Virus record (IMG/VR): IMGVR_UViG_3300030060_003575 | Coordinates: 1 to 64,000 of that record | Length of the DNA stretch: 64,000 nucleotides | DNA from: a virus | Direction: 5' to 3' (one strand) | In this document: piece by piece, positions 59,123 through 64,000 of the stretch | How the letters are laid out: each line of letters opens with the position of its first letter | Numbering within the stretch: position 1 is the stretch's first letter | Notes under the pieces: model-generated | What the model was told of the DNA's origin: nothing | The model's input: the letters and a program-made list of their open reading frames with translations, nothing else | Database searches by the model: none | Position numbers and translations under genes: made by a program

Positions 59123-59427
59123 CATGGGAACAAATAATAAAAAGAGGATATGGTAAGAAGTATATGCACCCTGTAACAAGAGAAGCACTTTCGACTGTTA
59201 GGACTCCCTCAGAAATTGGAACTATTCAAACTATAATTAGAGAGCATATTAGAAAAGAAAATGAAAAGAGAAAAGCACAGGTAGGTGGAAACAAAAAACC
59301 TAAAATTTCAGAATCTAGAGCAATGCTTCCTAATTCAAGATTAAAGGTTTTTATAAATAAAGAAATTAGATTAGGTAATATGCGCCAACAAGGTGATAGG
59401 TATTTATGGGTGGGTAAGGATATATGA
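59119..59427 (+). CDS. MTW-tagged basic protein
   Basis: MTWEQIIK. Confidence 0.65.
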   Translation: MTWEQIIKRGYGKKYMHPVTREALSTVRTPSEIGTIQTIIREHIRKENEKRKAQVGGNKKPKISESRAMLPNSRLKVFINKEIRLGNMRQQGDRYLWVGKDI

Positions 59428-59891
59428 CTTGGCAAGATATTCTTAAGATTAGACCTAGAAAAAGAAAGCGTCAAATCAACCCACCTAATATCTTTGCTGG
59501 AGAAACTAATGAAGAGAATCCAAGAAGAATTATGGGCAGGGGTGTAATGAGAGATTTACGAACAGGAGAAGAAGTCGAATCCATAAAAGAAAATACTCCC
59601 AAAGCAAAGCACCACGCACGAAAAATAAAACAAAGACAGGGTTCAATAAGAGAATCAAACACAAGAGCAGGAATTGCCAGTGCAGAACCGGGAGATTTCA
59701 CAGGGTTTAGTAAAAACCCTAGAATTGGTGCAAAAAAAGCAAGGAAGGCAACAAAAACATTTCCTAGAAATAGATGTGCTAGATGTGGCCGTATGTTATC
59801 AGCAAGGAAAAGAAATGATATTAGGGTGAAAGGTAAAGACTTAAGATTATCATTTTGTGATGAATGTGCAGCAGACATGGTGAAAGAATGA
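59424..59891 (+). CDS. MTW-tagged basic Zn-finger protein
   Basis: MTWQDILK; CARC...CDEC. Confidence 0.65.
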   Translation: MTWQDILKIRPRKRKRQINPPNIFAGETNEENPRRIMGRGVMRDLRTGEEVESIKENTPKAKHHARKIKQRQGSIRESNTRAGIASAEPGDFTGFSKNPRIGAKKARKATKTFPRNRCARCGRMLSARKRNDIRVKGKDLRLSFCDECAADMVKE

Positions 59892-60376
59892 CTTGGTTCG
59901 ATATAGTCAAACAATTTGATTGGCGTAAAAATAGAGATGCAAGAATAATGAGACCATCAGGAGAACCATCAGGAGATGCACCAACAGAAGAACTTGAAGA
60001 TATTAAATTTACAAATGTTGGGGGTAGCGGTAAAACACAGGTTAGCGCAATGGGGTTTAAAGCAGCAAGAGACAACTATACAGCATTTAAAAAAGCAAAT
60101 ATAAATTCGCATTATGAAAATGTTGCAAACATATTAGAAAAGTATTCAAAGACAAGAACTGTTCAACCACAAAGAAATCTTATGGAAGAGTATATGGCTG
60201 ATTATTGGGAAGATAGTTTAGTATCACTTAGAAATTTGTATGTGAATATAGAAAAGATAGCAAAAGAAGTGGATAATAAATTCAAAGATGAACCTGAATA
60301 TCTAACTGGTAAAGATAGTGCATATGTTTTACAGCAGGCTAATAAAATCAGACAAGAAGATGAGGCGGCGTTATAA
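59888..60376 (+). CDS. MTW-tagged hypothetical protein
   Basis: MTWFDIVK start overlapping the upstream stop. Confidence 0.65.
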   Translation: MTWFDIVKQFDWRKNRDARIMRPSGEPSGDAPTEELEDIKFTNVGGSGKTQVSAMGFKAARDNYTAFKKANINSHYENVANILEKYSKTRTVQPQRNLMEEYMADYWEDSLVSLRNLYVNIEKIAKEVDNKFKDEPEYLTGKDSAYVLQQANKIRQEDEAAL

Positions 60377-60699
60377 TGGAAGTTTGGTTTGAGATAATTC
60401 AAAAGAAAAGTAAACGCCGAAGAAAGGCTGGTCGCAAGAAAAGAAGAAAGAAATCTTCTGGTGGTCGCTGCACAAGAGCAACGAAGAAAACATCATCTAC
60501 AAGAAAAGGTAAGAAATGGATGAAATGTGTACCTGACGGTAATGGTGGATATAAGAGAGTTCATTGGGGTCAAAGAGGTGTAACTGTTTCTGGTAAAAGA
60601 AAGGGTAAGAGAAGAAAATCATTTAGAGCAAGGCATAACTGTTCTAGTTGCGATAGTAGTGATTATTCTGCTAGATGTATGGCTTGCAGGGATTGGTGA
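60376..60699 (+). CDS. highly basic Cys-rich protein
   Basis: MEVWFEIIQK; VHWGQRG...RRKSFRARHNC...W motif. Confidence 0.65.
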   Translation: MEVWFEIIQKKSKRRRKAGRKKRRKKSSGGRCTRATKKTSSTRKGKKWMKCVPDGNGGYKRVHWGQRGVTVSGKRKGKRRKSFRARHNCSSCDSSDYSARCMACRDW

Positions 60700-60784
60700 A
60701 AATAATGGGATATGCGGCTAAACCTACAGAATGTTATAAAACTTATAGAGCAAGAAAGAAGGCTATGATTGAGGAGGAAGAATA

Positions 60785-60970
60785 ATGTCTTGGTTTGAAG
60801 TTGTAAAGGCTAAAAAGAAGAAAGCCAGAAGGCGTAAGAAAAAGAAAAATGTAGATGATTGTTGTACTAGAAAGGTAAAGGCAAGATATGATGTTTGGCC
60901 GTCTGCTTATGCTTCTGGTGCAGTTGTGCGATGTAGAAAGGTTGGCTGTGCAAACTGGGGTAAATCATAA
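60785..60970 (+). CDS. small basic protein
   Basis: MSWFEVVK; KARYDVWPSAYASGAVVRCRK. Confidence 0.7.
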   Translation: MSWFEVVKAKKKKARRRKKKKNVDDCCTRKVKARYDVWPSAYASGAVVRCRKVGCANWGKS

Positions 60971-61803
60971 TGTCTTGGATGATGGTTCTAAAGAAAGATT
61001 CTAAGTGGAATGAAAAAACACTTAATGCCGAGCGAAGGCAACTCTTAAACAAAGAACCATCATTAAAGGTAGAATTTCCAGAAATGTCACACCCAAGTAA
61101 TGAAAGTGAAATACCAAAAGTTATTGAAGCAATTAAGAATAATAAATTAGATGATAAAACACAAACTGATTTAGACAAAAACTTCAATGAAAAAATGCTT
61201 GAGATTGTAGGCGAAGATATAAAAGATTGGCAACAGTTAATTGAAGATATGAACATAATGATAATTAAATTAAAGATGAAATATAAAAGACCAAGACCTT
61301 ATGAGGTGACAGATAAAATAGATTCAGTAACTGGAACTGATGATAGCCCTTCTTTCCCTAGTGGACATGCAACAGAATCTCATGCAATGGCAAAAATACT
61401 TGGTAATAAATATCCTGATAAGCAAGGTGAATTAGAAGACTATGCAAATAAAATAGCATTACATAGAATGCAAATTGGAAGTCATTATCCTAGTGATATA
61501 GAAGCAGGTAAAAAGACAGGGCAGTTAATTGCTGATGCATATTTATCTACAAATAAACTTGAGAAGTGGCAAGACATTATTGTTAAAGGTAACTTACATC
61601 AATGGTTTAAAAGAAGGGGAGGAAAAGAAACCAAAGATGGAAAAACACAAGGAGGATGGATTGACTGTTCCTCCTGTGGAAGTAAAAATGGGCCTAAACC
61701 ATGTGGAAGAAAAGACGCTTCAGTAGGCAGAAAGAGAAGATGTAGACCAACTTGTTCAGCCTGTAAAGATTATCCAAGAAGAAAAGGGAGAGGAAAAAAA
61801 TGA
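60970..61803 (+). CDS. PAP2-superfamily phosphatase/haloperoxidase-like domain plus basic Cys-rich C-terminal module
   Basis: KMKYKRPRP, SFPSGH, RMQIGSHYPSDI. Confidence 0.85.
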   Translation: MSWMMVLKKDSKWNEKTLNAERRQLLNKEPSLKVEFPEMSHPSNESEIPKVIEAIKNNKLDDKTQTDLDKNFNEKMLEIVGEDIKDWQQLIEDMNIMIIKLKMKYKRPRPYEVTDKIDSVTGTDDSPSFPSGHATESHAMAKILGNKYPDKQGELEDYANKIALHRMQIGSHYPSDIEAGKKTGQLIADAYLSTNKLEKWQDIIVKGNLHQWFKRRGGKETKDGKTQGGWIDCSSCGSKNGPKPCGRKDASVGRKRRCRPTCSACKDYPRRKGRGKK

Positions 61804-62117
61804 GTTGGTTTAAAGTGATGAAATTAGATAACGTTGATATTGCTAGGATAGTGTTAGAAGGGCAACCAACCGACAATACTCCGGGAAACTATGACCCTTG
61901 CTGTGAAGGAGCAAGAGAAGCAGCAGAAAGACAATTACGTGATTATGGCGACATTGGAGATAATGTAATAGGAAGTTCAGATTGGAAAAATTTAAATTGT
62001 GTTAATCTAAGAAAAGAAATAGAAATGTTTGCTGATATGGGTTTTCCTGGTATGATACTAATAGTAGAAGCATGGGATAAATGTGCAAATATGGGTGGTG
62101 CCGATGACTTGGTTTGA
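61800..62117 (+). CDS. MSW-tagged CC...C...WxxC domain protein
   Basis: MSWFKVMK; PCCEGAR...LNCVNLR...EAWDKC. Confidence 0.65.
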   Translation: MSWFKVMKLDNVDIARIVLEGQPTDNTPGNYDPCCEGAREAAERQLRDYGDIGDNVIGSSDWKNLNCVNLRKEIEMFADMGFPGMILIVEAWDKCANMGGADDLV

Positions 62118-62457
62118 TTTAGTTAAATCTTCAGAAATGAAGGAATTTGAAATGCTTGCTGAGAAGTATGCAAAACCTAATGATATGAAACATTTAGATT
62201 ATCTTAGAAAGAAACACGGAAAGAAAAGTCCACAGTTTTATGATACATTAGACAAACAAATAGACTCTTTCTTAACTGATGAGTGGGTTAGCATTCAAGA
62301 AATTGTTAAATCTTTAAGAAAACAAAATCCCGGATTAAAGGATTCTGATGAAAACCTAACTGCATTTTTACGCAAGCGATTAGATAGTATGGACATTAAG
62401 AAGAAACAAGAACCCGCAGTAGGAAGAACGGGTAAAAAAACATTTTACAGGTCATAA
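62104..62457 (+). CDS. MTW-tagged protein, possible winged helix
   Basis: MTWFDLVK; WVSIQEIV...KKTFYR. Confidence 0.6.
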   Translation: MTWFDLVKSSEMKEFEMLAEKYAKPNDMKHLDYLRKKHGKKSPQFYDTLDKQIDSFLTDEWVSIQEIVKSLRKQNPGLKDSDENLTAFLRKRLDSMDIKKKQEPAVGRTGKKTFYRS

Positions 62458-62458
62458 T

Positions 62459-64000
62459 ATGAGTATGTTAATGAAGGCTTTACTTAAAGCATTAGGTGTT
62501 GGTCGTGAGATTGGTACCGAAGATGAAGCACAAGCATTATGGTCAGAGACATTAGGAAAGTTGGGATATAAACCACAACAAGCCTTTCCTGATAATATGA
62601 CAAAGGGAACAGATAGGCTTCTTGGTGACCCTACTATTGGAAGAACGACAAGTGTTGTAGACCATGTGTTTAAACCTCGTTTTATAACTAAAACTTATTA
62701 TGATTTAGAAACTGGAGTGCCTTTGTATAGTAGAACTAAAGGAGTATTAAGTAATCCTGACCTTGTTATTTGGGCTGGAATAGTTGGAATGAGAGATGTT
62801 CTAGGTAATAGATTCCCTAAATCAGATGATGATAAAAGAACAGATATTTATAGAGAAGGCCATCCAGCATTAGGTGGTAAAAAACAACAGCCTGTAATGA
62901 TTGAAGCAAGTAAAATACTTAGTCGAGAGGGACAACCGTTTACTGGTGAACAACCAGATAAATTACCTGCCTTTGATTCTTTAGAGGAACAAGAGAAATG
63001 GTTAGAAACAAACTATCCTGAATATCATAAATGGCTAGTAGAGAATTTACACATGCCAATTGAAGCACAAGGTAATTTAGACAAGTTAGGTGTAAGCAAA
63101 GATAGAGCAGATTTATTAAGATTAGTAGATGAAATAACTCCTAAAAATTTAATAAATACAGTGTTTGATGATGCTGTCAAAGAAGACAATGATAAATATC
63201 AAATAGTTTTAATCGCAAATGACAGCGTTAAAAGTAAAGTTACTGATAGAGGTTTTGTTAGAATATTTTCAGATGGTTATTATAGAACACTCATGGATTC
63301 AGATGAAGTTTCTGATTACATTAAATTAGCATTAGAAAAAATAAACAGCGATGAAGGTAGAGTTATCGGGGCAAAGTCCGAATACTTTATTAGACTGCCT
63401 CAGGGTGCAAAGTTGAAGTCTAAAGTTGCTAAATGGTTAAACGAATTAAAGGTAGGTAAAACAATGTTTGATGACAAAAAGAAAGATTCCGAATGGCGGA
63501 ATATAATTAAAAACGAAGGTAAGAAAGGTGCCGATGAACAAGCAACCATTTCGCAAAGGTCTAAAGGTAGTATGTATCAGGATGATTGGGAAGTTGAGGG
63601 TGAGTTAGATAGATTTACAGCACTTCCAAAAGATGCTGCTAAAGTGGTTAGAGATAAAGGAGTAGCGAGTGAAGATACTAACTGTTGTCTTTTAGTTAAA
63701 GATAACATTCAAGACTATATTAGATTTGAAGAGCCTAGAATTCATCAAGTTTTCGGTACTGACAGAGTTCGACAAATTATTAGTGAACAATTAACCTGCC
63801 CAGATATAGAGGAAATGTTTGTGGAGGAAGGCCGAAGAACAGGTGAGGTAAAAAACCAGCAGGGTACTGTTCTGTATAGAGGTAGATTACCAGAAAAGAA
63901 GATAACTATTGATTTTAATGACCAAATGACTCCTAAAGGTAAACCATATAGAGCAGGTGGAACTGCAAAGGTAACAATAGATATACATAAACCTGCACCG
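62459..64000 (+). CDS. large hypothetical protein, truncated by the window end
   Basis: ATG at 62459 (MSMLMKALLK); frame appears open to the end (spot-checked, and absent from the stop-terminated ORF track); internal EWRNIIK and NCCLLVK. Confidence 0.7.
   Translation, partial: MSMLMKALLKALGVGREIGTEDEAQALWSETLGKLGYKPQQAFPDNMTKGTDRLLGDPTIGRTTSVVDHVFKPRFITKTYYDLETGVPLYSRTKGVLSNPDLVIWAGIVGMRDVLGNRFPKSDDDKRTDIYREGHPALGGKKQQPVMIEASKILSREGQPFTGEQPDKLPAFDSLEEQEKWLETNYPEYHKWLVENLHMPIEAQGNLDKLGVSKDRADLLRLVDEITPKNLINTVFDDAVKEDNDKYQIVLIANDSVKSKVTDRGFVRIFSDGYYRTLMDSDEVSDYIKLALEKINSDEGRVIGAKSEYFIRLPQGAKLKSKVAKWLNELKVGKTMFDDKKKDSEWRNIIKNEGKKGADEQATISQRSKGSMYQDDWEVEGELDRFTALPKDAAKVVRDKGVASEDTNCCLLVKDNIQDYIRFEEPRIHQVFGTDRVRQIISEQLTCPDIEEMFVEEGRRTGEVKNQQGTVLYRGRLPEKKITIDFNDQMTPKGKPYRAGGTAKVTIDIHKPAP

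Overview
AT-rich 64-kb segment of a tailed archaeal dsDNA virus, most consistent with a magrovirus (virus of Marine Group II/Poseidoniales). This assignment is inferred from archaeal-type replication and transcription genes (PriS, PCNA, RFC, ERCC4, TFB), GGTGA-type ribosome-binding sites and phage-like tail genes. Layout: (1) 1-19.7 kb, + strand tail/fibre module. (2) 20-51.4 kb, - strand replication/early module with split PolB, primase, MCM-like ATPase, ligase, NrdJ, TFB, two histone-fold proteins, tRNA-Leu and an apparent ubiquitin-like conjugation set (Ubl, E1, JAB, candidate E2). (3) 51.5-57.4 kb, a mostly non-coding divergence region with a regular architecture: about 21 CCATATGG-type palindromes delimit long hairpin units capped by a conserved C-(A/G)TTAA-G pentaloop, interspersed with four promoter-bearing cassettes whose ends are inverted ACAAAG-loop hairpins. 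(4) 57.5-64 kb, + strand run of small genes sharing an N-terminal M(S/T)WxxI/VxK tag. All protein calls come from motif recognition by eye; no database searches were run.
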